64,000 nucleotides of DNA from Lama glama. Its lineage: Eukaryota. Shown here piece by piece: positions 11,501 through 24,713 of this stretch. The position numbers were made by a program, and so were the translations under genes. Position 1 is the first letter of the stretch; every line of letters begins with the position of its first letter. The stretch covers positions 22,446,001 to 22,510,000 of the forward strand of contig CM052816.1 of the NCBI GenBank assembly GCA_028534125.1, given 5' to 3'. The notes below the pieces were generated by a model. The model was not told the origin of the DNA. It ran no database searches and saw only the letters and a list, made by a program, of their open reading frames with translations.

Positions 11501-13089
11501 CCTCGTGAGGGAGGTCTTGCTACGTGTGGAAGTTAAACTAGATATCCTAGAAATCCTATTGTAGAGAAGAAGTTGGAATGAAAACATGATACTAAATCAT
11601 TTGTTCTTAGGATAGGAAAGAATAAGTGTAACAGAACTGATAAATGACTTTCTAATGTTTAACCACAGTCTAGTATTTTTGTGTTACTATACATCACCTG
11701 ATCTTTAAATTCAGAGCATCTGTATGAGGCATTAACTCATAGAGGTTTTTCGTGAAGGTCAATTCTGAGTGAGTACTTATGGCATGTGTTTATGCTTTCG
11801 CCTGGGAAATCAGTAGCGGAGACAAGTCATTTTATCTCCATAGCTTGCGAAAGGCTGTGCTTAGGCAGCTGATATTGGCTCTTACATTCAAAGGACACGT
11901 GCATGCCCACACCTGAGTTTAAGAGCAAGCTGAGTAACGATGGCAGCATGACAGGAACAGCACCCACTCAGATAAAAAGAAAAAGAAGGCCTTTAACGAA
12001 AACACTGTGCCGGTTCTTTCTCAGATAAAACAAATCATCTTTCATTTTAAAATGACCTTCCATTTCATAGGAGCCTAAAACCATAACTATCACAGCTCAA
12101 ACTGATCAAACATGTTAAGTGTAACATCAAACATGCTACGCGCAAAGCAGTCAGTGTTCCACAGGCGAGGCTGTGGAAGGTACGCCAGGTGTCCTATGAC
12201 TCCTTCCCCACCCAGGGAATGCAGAGACGCTGCAGCAAACAGAAAGGAATTGTTACTCAAACTGCTTCACCTGGGCCACCTGTATTAACTATAAATTATA
12301 CCATGAGAGATGAATGTAACTATCAATCAAATGACTGCATTAACATATTTCATTAAAGACACAGCTGGCAGTATAATTCCTCCAAGACATCACACTCGAG
12401 TCTGATGATTAAAATTTTGACACAGATTCACATAATTTTCCATTGCTAAGCATAATTTACAGAAGGAGAGTCCATCAAAATATCCAGTTCTTATACTCAG
12501 GTTAAAATAGGTCATGTTTAAAAGAGAAGGCATCTTTGTGATGCTTCAAGTTGTAGACCTTCCAGGACTGATTTCTGAAAGACTGAGTAAATAAACATTC
12601 TGGGCTGTATTCATGTCTCAAGCCAAACACTACTTGCCAGAGTCCCATAGGCAGCAATCTTCATAAAAGAAAAGAAAAACATTCCTTTTGTGATTTTGTG
12701 ATTCCTGGCTGTTTTGCATTCAGAGCCTTGAGTGATTGAGAACCAATTTTTTTTTTTTTTTTTTTTGCTATATAACTACAGGGGAGAAGTTGGCCTGCTG
12801 GAAATTTTACGCAATCTTAGCTTCAACTTGTTCCCCAACAGCAGCGCTGTCAGATCCAGCTGAGATGGTGATTGGTATGAGGGGTACATACATACTAAAT
12901 GCTTGGGGTGAACTTCCGGGTCAGGCCTATCAGGGCGTCTAGACTGGCCAGTGTGGTGAGGTAGAAACATTCAATGCGGTCAGTGTGTCTGTAGTGACAA
13001 TGTGTCCAGATCATCTGTTTGAATAGTCCCTGCATCCAGGTTTTCATGTGATATTTGGATGCTCCAATAGCCAATGATTGCAGTTTTAC

Positions 13090-13134
13090 CTGCGAATCAT
13101 GGACAGCAAACTCTTGGGGAAGAAATCTCTAAAT
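13090..13134 (-). CDS. Candidate 45-nt exon
   Basis: Acceptor atgattgtatacatttcag, donor CAG|gtaaaa. Only open frame (phase 2-2): FRDFFPKSLLSMIR. Read-through past the donor gives ...MIRR-stop. Confidence 0.35.
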
Positions 13135-14669
13135 CTGAAATGTATACAATCATTTTAAAAGTAAATATGTAACATGATAAGCATTTCTCACCAGAGCACA
13201 GGCCTGAATGCCTGGCTCCGTAGGTAAGAGAAAGTCTAAGTTTATTGTACCATAGATCTGACCTAAAACCGTAATTACTTTGAACCCAGATGAAGAGAGG
13301 AGAAGGGAGCAGCAGCAGTTTAATCTCTCACTTTATCACTGAATGAAAGATAACACATTTTGTTTCTAGAGTTGTGAAACACAGGCACTGATTCTTGTCA
13401 GGGTTCTCTTACTCCTTGCCCCCACCTCAGCCCCAACAATGTGAGTTTTTCAGCTGCTGTGTGAAAGACCATAGTGCCACAGAGAAACCAGCCTCATTTT
13501 TGTCCTCAAGAAAGATACCTTTCTTCTTGAGACAATGCAGAGGAACCTATGCCTTCAGTAAATGTTTCTGTTACACCTTCAAAGACCTTGGGGATGAAAG
13601 GTTTTTCTGTCTCTCCTGAGGTTCATCAGACGGCTAGCATGGTTTTCATCTGGTGGCAGAATTCATGGCTCCAAGTAACAGTATTATCTTTTGTAGGCCA
13701 GACAACATCACAGCTGGTGGAGGAATAATCACATACATTGCCTCGTTTTAAATGTGTCCAGGCATCCAGCTACACAAACTATTCCCTTTTGCTCGGTCCT
13801 AAATGACAAATTGACTGGGGAAAATACAAGGGAACAGTAAAGAAATTCATCTCAAATTACTGCAGGGAATTGAATTTGTGGTTCAACTGGAACAGGTAAC
13901 CACTTCTATTTAACAGGCTATAAAGAAACATCAGATGGTACTGTGATGTATGTTCTTCACGATGACCTTTGGCAGGCTGTGGTGGGTCCTGAGGCATTTG
14001 AGGCCAAGATTAATGGTATTACTTTTTTGTGAATTTTCCTGTTAACATTCTCTGTGAATCAGAGGAGTCAAGAGGTTGGTTTCTTATCTAATAGATTTTT
14101 TTAGTGCACTTATTTCATCGATTGCAGGAGGCTCATCAAAGAACAATGACTTTTCGGGGCAAAGAAAGGAGAGAGACATTAGAATGCCAAAATTTAATAA
14201 GAAGAAAATGTGGACTGCATATGGCCTTTAGCTAGGATGGCTCTGGTACCTGTCATTTTGAATTCTGGTATGTGATTTGGATTTAATTAAAACAATTGCA
14301 ACAAACATATATTAGAAAAGGTTACTATTCTCCCCAATTGATTGATCTTACTTTATTGCAAAATAGTGATGCAGATTAATGTAAACAGGATGGAAAAAAA
14401 TTAGATAAAGATAAACTATTCTTACTTGAGGATCATAATATTTAACACATAATTATGATTCTCCCACAATAATCAAAAAGTTATGTGCAGAATTATTAAA
14501 TACAATTTATTAATGTTGCCTCCTACATTTTCCTTCAGATATTCCAAAGCTATCATGATAGAGTTAAAAATGCCTCACATTTCTGAAATTAAATGTATTT
14601 CAATAGAAAATGTCCTTGATCTACGTTTCAAATTCAGGTACCATGAAAGTGGACTACTGCTTATCTCTT

Positions 14670-15200
14670 TACGGTGCAGTGGAAAGAGAACAATGAGAAA
14701 ATCAGTTAGAAGTAATGATTTCCAAAATGAAAAATTTAACAGAAAACAGGATAGTTACATGGAAGATATTTCTCAGCATGTTAATTAAAAACTGAAACAT
14801 AGCTAAAATATTGAGAAATGTAGCACCATGAGAGACAGAACATCACTTCATCATTCAACTATTAGGGAATCTAAAAGAAAGCAGCAAGAAAATAGAGGGA
14901 AGAAAATCATCAAATGAGTAATGTAAGAAAATATCTCAGAGCCATAACATTTACATGGAAAGGGCCCATTGAGCAATGTCATCAACAAACAATCAGTATC
15001 AGATTAGCATCAGCACCTAAAACAGAGTAGGTACACAATCTGGATCTGTTAAGAGGATAAGCAATAATGGATGCTAAAAAATGACGAAGTGATACCTTCA
15101 GAGTATGAAAAAAAAATTTAGCTATGACTCTATGCTCAGCTCAACTGTCAGTTAAGTTTCACTGTTTAATAAATTTATTTTCAGATGTGATTTTGTCATC
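14670..15200 (+). mobile_element. Highly diverged L1 ORF1-region remnant (L1ME/HAL1-like)
   Basis: A-rich ORF1-like motifs (gaaaatagagggaagaaaatcatcaaa, gaaagggcccattgagc). Confidence 0.45.
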
Positions 15201-15336
15201 TATTCATTTTTTTAATGAAGACCTCAGGTGTACTCTATGAGAATAAAAGGAAAATCAGACAGTGAAATGAAATGAAATGGTGGCACCAACCCAGGAGGTA
15301 AAAAAGGGGAAAAAGATAGTTTTAGTATTTCATGAT

Positions 15337-15371
15337 TATACTTGATCTTAGTCAAAAGGCCAAGAAGTGAT
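15337..15371 (-). pseudogene. U2 snRNA 5'-fragment retropseudogene (nt 1-35)
   Basis: Reverse complement atcacttcttggccttttgactaagatcaagtata versus U2 atcgcttctcggccttttggctaagatcaagtgta (31/35). Flanked by TSD agtatttcatgatt (15324-15337) / aatatttcacgatt (15372-15385). Confidence 0.92.
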
Positions 15372-16779
15372 AATATTTCACGATTAATTATTGATTTTAC
15401 AAATATCAAAACAATTCACAAACAACTTTGTGCAAGGACTATGGTACTAACACACAATATACAAAATTATTTAGAATGTAAAAATCAATGATTAGTCTAA
15501 ACCACAGAGTGCAACGTAAAGAATGATATGCTGCCTACCTGGACTAAGGGACAGGTAGCATCTCAGATGCTGCTGTGGCCAAAAGAAGGCCCACTTAACA
15601 ATGGTCATCACAGCATCCTATGATGACATTTAAATTAATGCATTTACATGTAACTTTATGTTACTAATTAATTTTGTTAGAGGTACTGTTAAAATATTTT
15701 GCTTCTGACACATAAATATTTCACTGTTTTAAAAATGAGTACAGTTGTACTGGTATGTCCTAGTTCAATATCAGCCTTGAATGGGTCAAGTTATAAGAGA
15801 AAGTGAAGCTCCTAAAAGAAAATCTCCCAGAAGGAGAATGGAGTCAGTCAGTAAACCTGAAAAATGTTGGAAGATATTTGGGAAATGATAAACGTAATCT
15901 CTCTCAACAAGAAAACAGAAATGTAAGAAACTCAGGGTTCAAAAATGAAACAAACTACAAAGGTGGATTTTAAATGAAAATAATCTATTTAACCTTGATG
16001 CAAGGTTCATGCTCCTTTGAAGGGCACAGGATGATATTAGAACCCAGAAAAGGGAAGGAAACTGGAGTATATTCCCAAAATAAAAATAAGACAGTAACAT
16101 AAATCTTGCTCATCTGAGCTCACTCTTTAAAGTTGATCTCCTCCTATGACTTTCCATAAACAAGTAAGTCTGGTGGAGAATGTGAACAGTGAGCCATAAC
16201 CATATACATGCCAGGTGGAGCTGACAGAGTAGAAGATGCAGTGAGGAAGCAGTGGAGAGAGGGAATGAGAGGGCACAGGGTAGGTGTGGTCTGCCTAAAG
16301 CTGATGGAACAACAAGGAGAGGTATACACGTGTTATTTAACGTTAGAAGTAGGAAGAACAAAGAATAATATAACCATTAAATATTGGGAATGGAAGGAAA
16401 GATGCACTTTGAGTTAATCCTCATTTTTCATAGTGGAGAAGCAACAGGAAACAGCAGTATGTTTATATTACTCAGAGGAATGAAGGTAAATGAGCACCAC
16501 CCCTGCCGACACACACACAAACTAAAAACAGAAAAATTTTGAGACTGCTTACTTCCAAAGGACTAGAGCTCAGAAGTGTAGAGCACAATAGTACACGTAT
16601 AAGGCGAGTAGATTTATTATTTTATAGAATATTTTAATTATTTAAACACATAGACAAAGGAAAGCCATTATAGGAGATTTACCAGGTAAGTAACATGACC
16701 AAATCTTTGCTGGGGAAGGAGGCCTTATGAAAAGTGGGTAATGAAGATGGATATTTTGATGGGTATACAATTTTTTAAA

Positions 16780-16915
16780 AGAAGGTAGCAGAGCTAATTT
16801 TATCCCCAGTTTCTCTATAACGAAACTGAGGTTTAGAGAGTTTAAGTGGTTACCCAAAGATTTACTGATAGTGAATAGAGAATATGAAAGTAGAACCTGA
16901 TCTCCCAAGTTTTAT
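16780..16915 (-). mobile_element. MIR
   Basis: tatccccagtttctctataacgaaactgaggtttagagagtttaagtggttacccaaag. Confidence 0.7.
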
Positions 16916-17289
16916 GTACTTTATATCCTTTGAGATTCACACTTGCTTTAAGCCCGTAATATATTCACATAAAAGTTAGAGCAAAGTGTTTCAAATTCCT
17001 TTTTCATTCTTTTCCTGCAAAATGCAAACTTAAAAAGAAATTCACTCCGCCCTTAAAGTGACTCAATTAAAACCAACCACATAACATGTAACTAGGGACA
17101 GAAACAGTGCAATGTAAGATAAAGTGTTCTTCCTACTGCACATAATTGATAATTCCCTGACTCTTGTAATTTCTTACAGCCCACTGCCTTAAGATAAAGT
17201 GAAAATTGCTTAGATGTCTATTTAATGGAACAAGGAATTTTTGCAAAGCAAAACCCAGCTCTGTGTTGCATGCAGTAGACACCACCTCT

Positions 17290-20200
17290 AATGGAGTAAC
17301 TCAAAAAGCCTAAAAATAAAGGGATGAGCAAAGGTATGAAAGACAAATGAAAACAATAAGAAAACAGGAGCTATTTCCTGACATCAAACAGACTAGAATT
17401 CAGACCAAAAGGCACTGGATGTTTAAAAAAAATACAGTTCATGATATCTGTTAAAATAAACTGGACATTAAGCTTGAAGATACACCAAGCAGACAAAACT
17501 AGTTGAGCCACATATGCAAAACTCAATCTAGTTTACGTATGTGAAACTTACATAGGTTACTATAAGTGAATAGAAGTGAAACTTAGTGTAAATACCTCTA
17601 ATATTCACAAAGGAAATTTAAGTCATTTTCCTAAAATGATAGAAAAAAATCACTTTTAACCAATCCCCTGCTGCCTGGAAACCCCCACTGTAATAACTAA
17701 TCACTGTAAGGTTTAACAACTTACTCTTACTTTATTAGCCATGTTGTAATGACATGCCTCTGAGCTTCAGACCACTTTCTGGTTTGAAGTCTTCTTGTTT
17801 GTGGACGGTTTGTTTCTTGCTGAATAAAATGTTCACATCAAGTAAATCTCTCTGAATTTTCTTCTGACAGACTAAAAGCCGCAATTCGCAAAGAAGATAT
17901 AATATTCATGAAAATCTATGTACCAGAAACACAGCAATCACTTTCATAAAGCAACAATTAAAAGGAAGTAAAGGAGGAATAGAGAAAAACTCGCTAAAAA
18001 GAGAAGACACTGTTATAACTCTTAGTCCAAAACAAATCCAGTAGACAGTAAATAGGCAAGGATATACAAGACCTATACAACAGCACCAGTAAGGTAAGTA
18101 TTAGAATATATATTCTAATATATATCAGTGAGCCTGAATAGAGCATATTCCTTCTTCTTCAACACAAGTGGCACATGCACAACTCTTTACCAAATATCAA
18201 GTCGTAAAGACAACTTCAGTAAGTTACATCAAATAAAAATACAAAAAAATTCTTTGATGACAATGCAATAAAACCAAAAATTAATAACAAAATCAGAAAA
18301 TTCCTCAAGATTTATAAAATTAATTCGTGAGTGAAAGGGGAAATACTAACTGAAATTCCTGTTTCTTAAAGAGTAATAATAACATCAACATAGTATACCA
18401 GAGTCTATGGGATGAATTTAAAGTCATGAAACAGAAGAAATTAAAATAATCAAAGTATACTATACAATTTATACAAAAAATTTTTAATATCTATATAAAA
18501 TAACTGATTATTTAGGAAAACACAATTTACTAAAATTGACTCCCAGCAAGATAGAAAGCTTGAGCAAACCATTTTCCACAGAAGTAACAAAGGTATCAAA
18601 TTACTATTCCACAAAAAAAGCACAAGTCCCAGATGATTTCACAGGGAAATATCACCTAGTTTTCAAAGAACAGACATTTTAAACATTGTTCCAGAGGATA
18701 GAAAATGAAGAAAAACTCCCAAATTTTTTTATGAAGTATAACAACAATACCTAAACTGAATAAGATATCACACACACACACACAAGTAAGAGCAAACACC
18801 ATACTACATTTAGATAAATAATAATGCATAATCAACACATGGGATTTATTTCAAAAATGCAAAGATGGCTCAATGATAGAAATCCACTAATATAATAAAT
18901 TACAGTAAGAGATCTAAGGAGAAGAATGAGATAATTACCTTGACAGATGCTTAAAGGCCTTTGAAAAAATTCAACATCTATTCCTTAAGGAAATATTCAA
19001 TGACAGGGAATTGATATTTCCTTGTCCTGTAAAAAAATAAAAATTATGTACAACAAGCCTGTACTGTATTCTTCTTTTTTTACTGGAGACCTCTGAGGAA
19101 GGGAAAAAATAATTCAGTCAAACCTCCTTGCATACAAGTTGACCTTCTACAAACACATTAGTGGAATTGACTAGCTGGAAGACCATGAAGAGTCTTTATC
19201 TCCAAAATACTTTGCATAGGATAGACCTTTTACTAGAATAATTGCTCATTTTATATCAACTCAGATATGGATTTATAAGGCATTATTTATTAGAAAATAT
19301 CACACAAGCTGCGTATCTAAAGGGACACAAAATGAGTGTGTTCTGCTGAAAGAGCTCTCTGTTTAAGTAATGCTGCATACACATTGCTTAAAACTTTGCA
19401 TGCTAAATCCAAAACAGAAGATATTTCTATGAGGGAGGGAAAGGACATTTGGGGGAACTGTGTTGACTGTCTGAGATCATTCCAAGATAAGAACCTGCAT
19501 TTGGCTACTGTCTACACTGTTTTAGTTATTAATAATTTTAGTACTGTGTAGGTCCTATACTTTGTGTTGAGCACGATTTTATAATCCTACCCTGGATGTT
19601 ACGTGTCCATCTAGAAGGGAGATGATGATGACAATACTGATAGGTACAGGGACAGAGGTGGAGGTGGAAATGGACATGGACATAGACATGGCACTATAGC
19701 TAGAGAACTTAGATTTAATGTCAGTACCTTATTTAATGGGGAAACAACAGTCATTCTTACTAAAGTAAGGAACAAAGTAAGCATACCCACTATGTCCTTC
19801 TCTATTTAACATTGTACTTGGGCATTGACCAGAGCAGTTAAATCAGAAAAAAACAATTAGAAGAAAAAGGATTGGAAATGAAGAGGTAAGCTGATCACTT
19901 TGAAGATGATATAACATTACCACAAGAGAACTCAATCAATGGTAAATGTCACTCAATAAATTCACTAAGAAGTATATAATATTAATATACAAGAATTAAA
20001 AGCCTTCATTTATACAACAATAATCAATTAGAAGTTACAACAGCAGGAAAAAATCTCATTTAAATAGCAACAAAAAAACTTCAGGAGTAAACTTAAGAAG
20101 AAGTTACATTACAAGAAATGTGTAACACTTACGTGAGGAAATCAGAAAACGCTTCTGCAAGAAATAAGAAATACTTGCCTTGTTCTTGAACAGAAAACAG

Positions 20201-21460
20201 CAATCTCCCTAAGTTTATATATGAATTTAATATAATCTAAATAAAAATACCAGCTTTTTTTCTGGATCTGGACAAGTTTATCATAATTTCATTGTAAAAA
20301 TAAACATGTAAGGATAGGTAGGCAAACTCTAGAACTAATCTTACAAGACATTAAAACATACTAAAAATTATCTATAATTAAAGTGGCATAATACTCATAC
20401 ATGCATAAATTGATATATGAAAAATCCAGAAATGGACCCCAAAACATATAGAAATTTAACATATGATAAAGATGTTATTTTAAATCTCTGAAGGAAAACT
20501 AGACTTTTAAATAAATGATGTGAGAAATACTGGTTAGCCACTTGGAAAAAGATAAAACTGGATGCATACTTCACATCAAACACCAGAATAAACTTCAAAT
20601 GGATCAGAGATTTAATGGTAAAAAACTGAAAACATAAATCCTAGGAGGAGATACATGTGATTTCATTTTTATAACATGGATACAAGAAACCCAGATGTAG
20701 TTTTAAAAGATTGATGAATGCAACCTTAAAACAATATGTTGCATGAAAACAATTAAAAGGAAAACTAAAAGAGAACTGCCAAACTAGAGAAAAATTTAAA
20801 ATATATCACTTGTTAAAGACATCTCTAATACATACAGAACTCTTAAAGTGGGAAAGACAAAAACTTGACAGAAAATTGGAAAAAGAGACTAATAGTTAAT
20901 TATAAATACACATAAAGACACCTTACATACGTGAAAAAAGGCTGCACTTTACCCAAATAAAAGAAATTCGCATTTAAACCACACTGATACCATTCAATTA
21001 GCAAAAATTCTGAAGTCTGGCTACATATTTTGTGGTTAGATTCTGACGAAGCAGCACTCTCTTACATTCTAGGGGGAGGATAAGAAACCCCAAACCCCTA
21101 TGAAGGTGACTGTGAGACTATCTAACAACTACATATGTATTTATCTGTTGACCTCGAAATCCCACTGTTATGACTCTACCCTGATATGTAACTTCAATAA
21201 TATAAAAATGCGTATGCATATGTTTACGTGTTATTTGTGACAGAAAAATACTGGAAGCAACTTTAAAGCCCAAACATAGGAGAAAAACTATAGTACCTCG
21301 TATATTATTCAGCTGTGTATAAGAATAAGAACGATCTCTAAGAACAGGCTTTCTGAGAACAGTACTTGCTGGGATATATTTTTAAGCAAAATACGTAAGA
21401 TAAAAAGATCAGATTTTTTAATCCTATCTCTTCTGTACAAAAGATGTGAAAAAATTATAT
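17290..21460 (+). mobile_element. Old fragmented L1 ORF2 region (L1M4/L1ME-like), interrupted
   Basis: Degenerate ORF2 motifs: cccagatgatttcacagggaaat, gggatttatttcaaaaatgcaaagatggctcaat, tttgaaaaaattcaacatctattc, aataaatgatgtgagaaatactggttagccacttgg. Confidence 0.75.
17655..17869 (+). mobile_element. LTR fragment (ERV1-like) inserted in the L1
   Basis: Ends with aataaa...ctctctgaattttcttctgaca (LTR-type polyA signal and CA terminus). L1 sequence resumes afterwards. Confidence 0.45.
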
Positions 21461-21464
21461 AGAT

Positions 21465-22550
21465 TTCTAAACACAATTCCTCACTAAAAGGAATCAGGAC
21501 CCTTTGGAGCTAATACCAGATATCAGACAGGAAATTTTCAAAGTAATTTTCAAAATAACACTTTGTACCAGAAACTAAGCAGGTGCAAAAACACTGATGA
21601 AGAGCTGTCATAAGGACACAGGAACTCTTTCGTAAAAGCTCGTATTTAACAATTCCAATATTTAAAAAAAAACAGTATTTAATAATAGATTATGACACAT
21701 TGAATGGAAAAAACTTGTAAGTCCTCACTAAGAAGGGAAAGTTAGTCTTTACAGAAGAATGTAAACTAATAAATGTATAAGAAAAGATAAATTATAAAAT
21801 CACAGTTCTACAACTACCAATATGATAACTAATTCATCATTAATGAATGCTCAAACCACTGAATGGAAATTTGTTCAGGAAGATGTACTCACATAGCCTG
21901 AAATTATCACTGTAAAACAGAGTATTTATAAATCAGGAAAGTGACCTTTAAAAAGCTGATGCACTGTGAAAGACATAATATCCTGCATTTGATATTTTGC
22001 CCCAAAATTTTAACCAGACTCTAATCATAAGGAAACAATCAGATAAATCCAAATTATTAGAAGTTGAAAAGAAAAAAAGCACCAAGCTGGTCTCTATACA
22101 ACAGTCAATGTTATGAAAACAGAAAAATGCAAGGGAACTACCTTGATTAATTTTACTCTAAATTACAAGTTGCTTATAGATATTATATATATTATATATA
22201 GGCAAATGAAAAAATACTCAATATTGCTAATTATTGGAGAAATACTAATCAAAACCACAATGAGGTATCCCCTCACACAGGTTATAGCAATGTGTTCTAG
22301 TTCATTAATGTATTTTGATTTTATGAGAAAATTATTATTAAATCTTATTCTTAGAAAGCATTTAGGAGAAAAGTGTCATGATGCCTGCAATTTATTTTCA
22401 AGTACTTCAGTTAATGTATGTGTGTAAATAGAGAAAGAGCAAGCAAATATGACAAAATTTTAACAATCAGCAAATCTAAGTAAGCGGTTTACAGGTTTTT
22501 TGGGTACTATTTCTTTAACCTTTCTATGGGTTGAAATTATTCAAGGTAAA
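21465..22550 (+). mobile_element. Old L1 3' region (L1MC/L1MD-like)
   Basis: ctcactaaaaggaatcaggacccttt, ctaatcataaggaaacaatcagataaatccaaatt, gaaaagtgtcatgatgcctgcaatttattttcaa. Confidence 0.7.
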
Positions 22551-23710
22551 ATGTTGGAGGACATAGAATTTTCCAGTGCTTTAATATTTTGAATCTTCAT
22601 AACCTGCCTAATGATTGATTCTAAGATTCCTTGTCTCTTTCTTTTTGTGAAATTTACTTCATGATTCACATCAAACCAACTGAAAGGTGTGTGGGATACT
22701 GCTATTGCACAGAAGTAGCAGCACAGTGCAATGGAAAGAACGCTGACTGGGAAAGAAAATCTAATCAAAGCTCTGCTGAATACATTTTATGAATTTAGAC
22801 AAATGATTTACCATCTTGGAGACTCTATCGTCTTCTCTGTATAATGGGGAGTTTTCCAAGTTGTACAGTCAAGTATTTTTCAAACTAAGTCTTACTGTAA
22901 CATAGGATCTTCAATTTCCAATAATAACTTTTCTTTTTGCAGGAAATCACATACATTCTGTCTGTAAAGAGTTGGTTAATGAGCAGTATTTTGTCCATAT
23001 AATGCTGACTTCTAAGAAATGCTAAGTGATTAATATAAAGGGAGAGGAGCTTTGAGTGTCAGAATGAAAGCAGAATAACTGGCTTATAATTTTTATTTAA
23101 TTTGAAGTGCACCTGTCTGGCCTACTTATTCTGCTATCAATTTAATTTATTCTGCAAAACCTAGAGCTGTTCTTCAGGCAGAAAATGCTGAGAGGAAAAA
23201 AAAGTTCCCACTTAGGCACTTCCCTCAAGTCACCATCTCTTTTCATGGTGTTCTATCAGGAAATCCAACCAACACCTCGATATGTTTCTGAGAGGGTAGG
23301 CAGAAACTTCCAGATAACTTCAAGAAGACAAAGAATACCCTTCTGCCCAACCTACCCACCCACCCTCCCTCCCTCAGATTCTTCCTCCAGCTTTTTACTG
23401 ACATCTGAAATGCCACAGCAAGAGGAGCATTCCCTTGGATTCACTTTTTTTTCTTACATTACTCTTTGTCAGAATGCTAACATTAATAGGAAATATAGTA
23501 CAACTCCTCATCAGTAACAAATTTAACAGGTCATTTCTTAAGAAACTCAGGGATGAAGAGGTAGAAAGAGTTTAAGGGCATTTTGGGATGTTGGGATAAA
23601 CGAGAGAAGGGAGAAAAAACCCAGACAGGACATGATGAGAAACAGTCATCACAGCTCTGTTTTCTCAAGGCCCTTCCCATGTCCATAAAAACTTCATGAG
23701 ATGCCTGAGG

Positions 23711-24713
23711 ATCAAAAAGTGGGTGGAAGACCTAAATACACATTTCTACAGAAAAGACATACAGATGGCCAATAGGCACACGAAAAAATACTCAATATTG
23801 CTAATTATTAGAGAAATGCAAATCAAAACTACAATGAGGTACCACCTCACACAGGTCAGAATAGTTGTCATGAAAAAATCCATAACCAATAAATGCTGGA
23901 GAGGGTGTGGAGAAAAAGGAACCCTCCTACACTGTTGGTAATTTTGTGCAGTCACCATGGAAAACAGTATGGAGATTGCTTGAAAAATGAAAAACAGACT
24001 TACCATATGATCCAGGAATCCTACTCCTGGGCATATATCTGGAGAAAACTCTAATTTGAAAAGATACATGCACCCCAATGTTCATAGCAGCACTATTTAT
24101 AATAGCCAAGTATGGAAGCAACCTAAATGTCCACAGACAGATGAATGGATAAAGAAGATGTGGTGTGTGTGTATATAGTATACACACACACACACACACA
24201 TACAATAGGATATTACTCAGCCATAAAAAAGAATGAAATAATGCCATTTGCAGGAACATGGATGGACCTAGAAATATTCATACTCAGTGAAGTCAGACAG
24301 AGAAAGACAAATATCATGTGATATCACTTATACGTGGAATCTAAAAAAATGACACAAACGAACTTATTTACAAAACAGAAAAAGACTCACAGACACAGAA
24401 AACAAACTTATGGTTACCAAAGGGGAAAGGGGAGGGTAGCTATAAATTAGGAGCTTAGATTAGCAGATACAGACTACTATATGTAAAGCAGATCAACAAC
24501 AAGGTCTTACTGTACAGCACAGGGAACTACATTCCCTATCTTGTGTTAACCTATAATGAAAAAGAATGTGAAAAAGTATATATATAAATATATATATACA
24601 TAAAAACTGAATATATATATATTATATATATATATAACTCAATCACTATGCTGTACATGAAAAACTAACACAACATTGTAAATCAACTATACTTCAATAA
24701 TAAAAAAAAAAGA
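23711..24713 (+). mobile_element. Younger 5'-truncated L1 (ORF2 C-terminus, 3'UTR, poly(A)) with TSD
   Basis: [47 protein letters not shown]...[20 protein letters not shown] gagatgcctgagg (23698-23710) / gagatgccagagg (24714-24726). Confidence 0.95.

Noticed and set aside
12950..13035. Possible miR-181 family gene on the plus strand
   Set aside because: Four differences from the mature sequence, only partial pairing with a downstream arm (ttgaatagt), and flanks unlike recalled pre-miR-181 hairpins. Kept only as a minus-strand target-site hypothesis.
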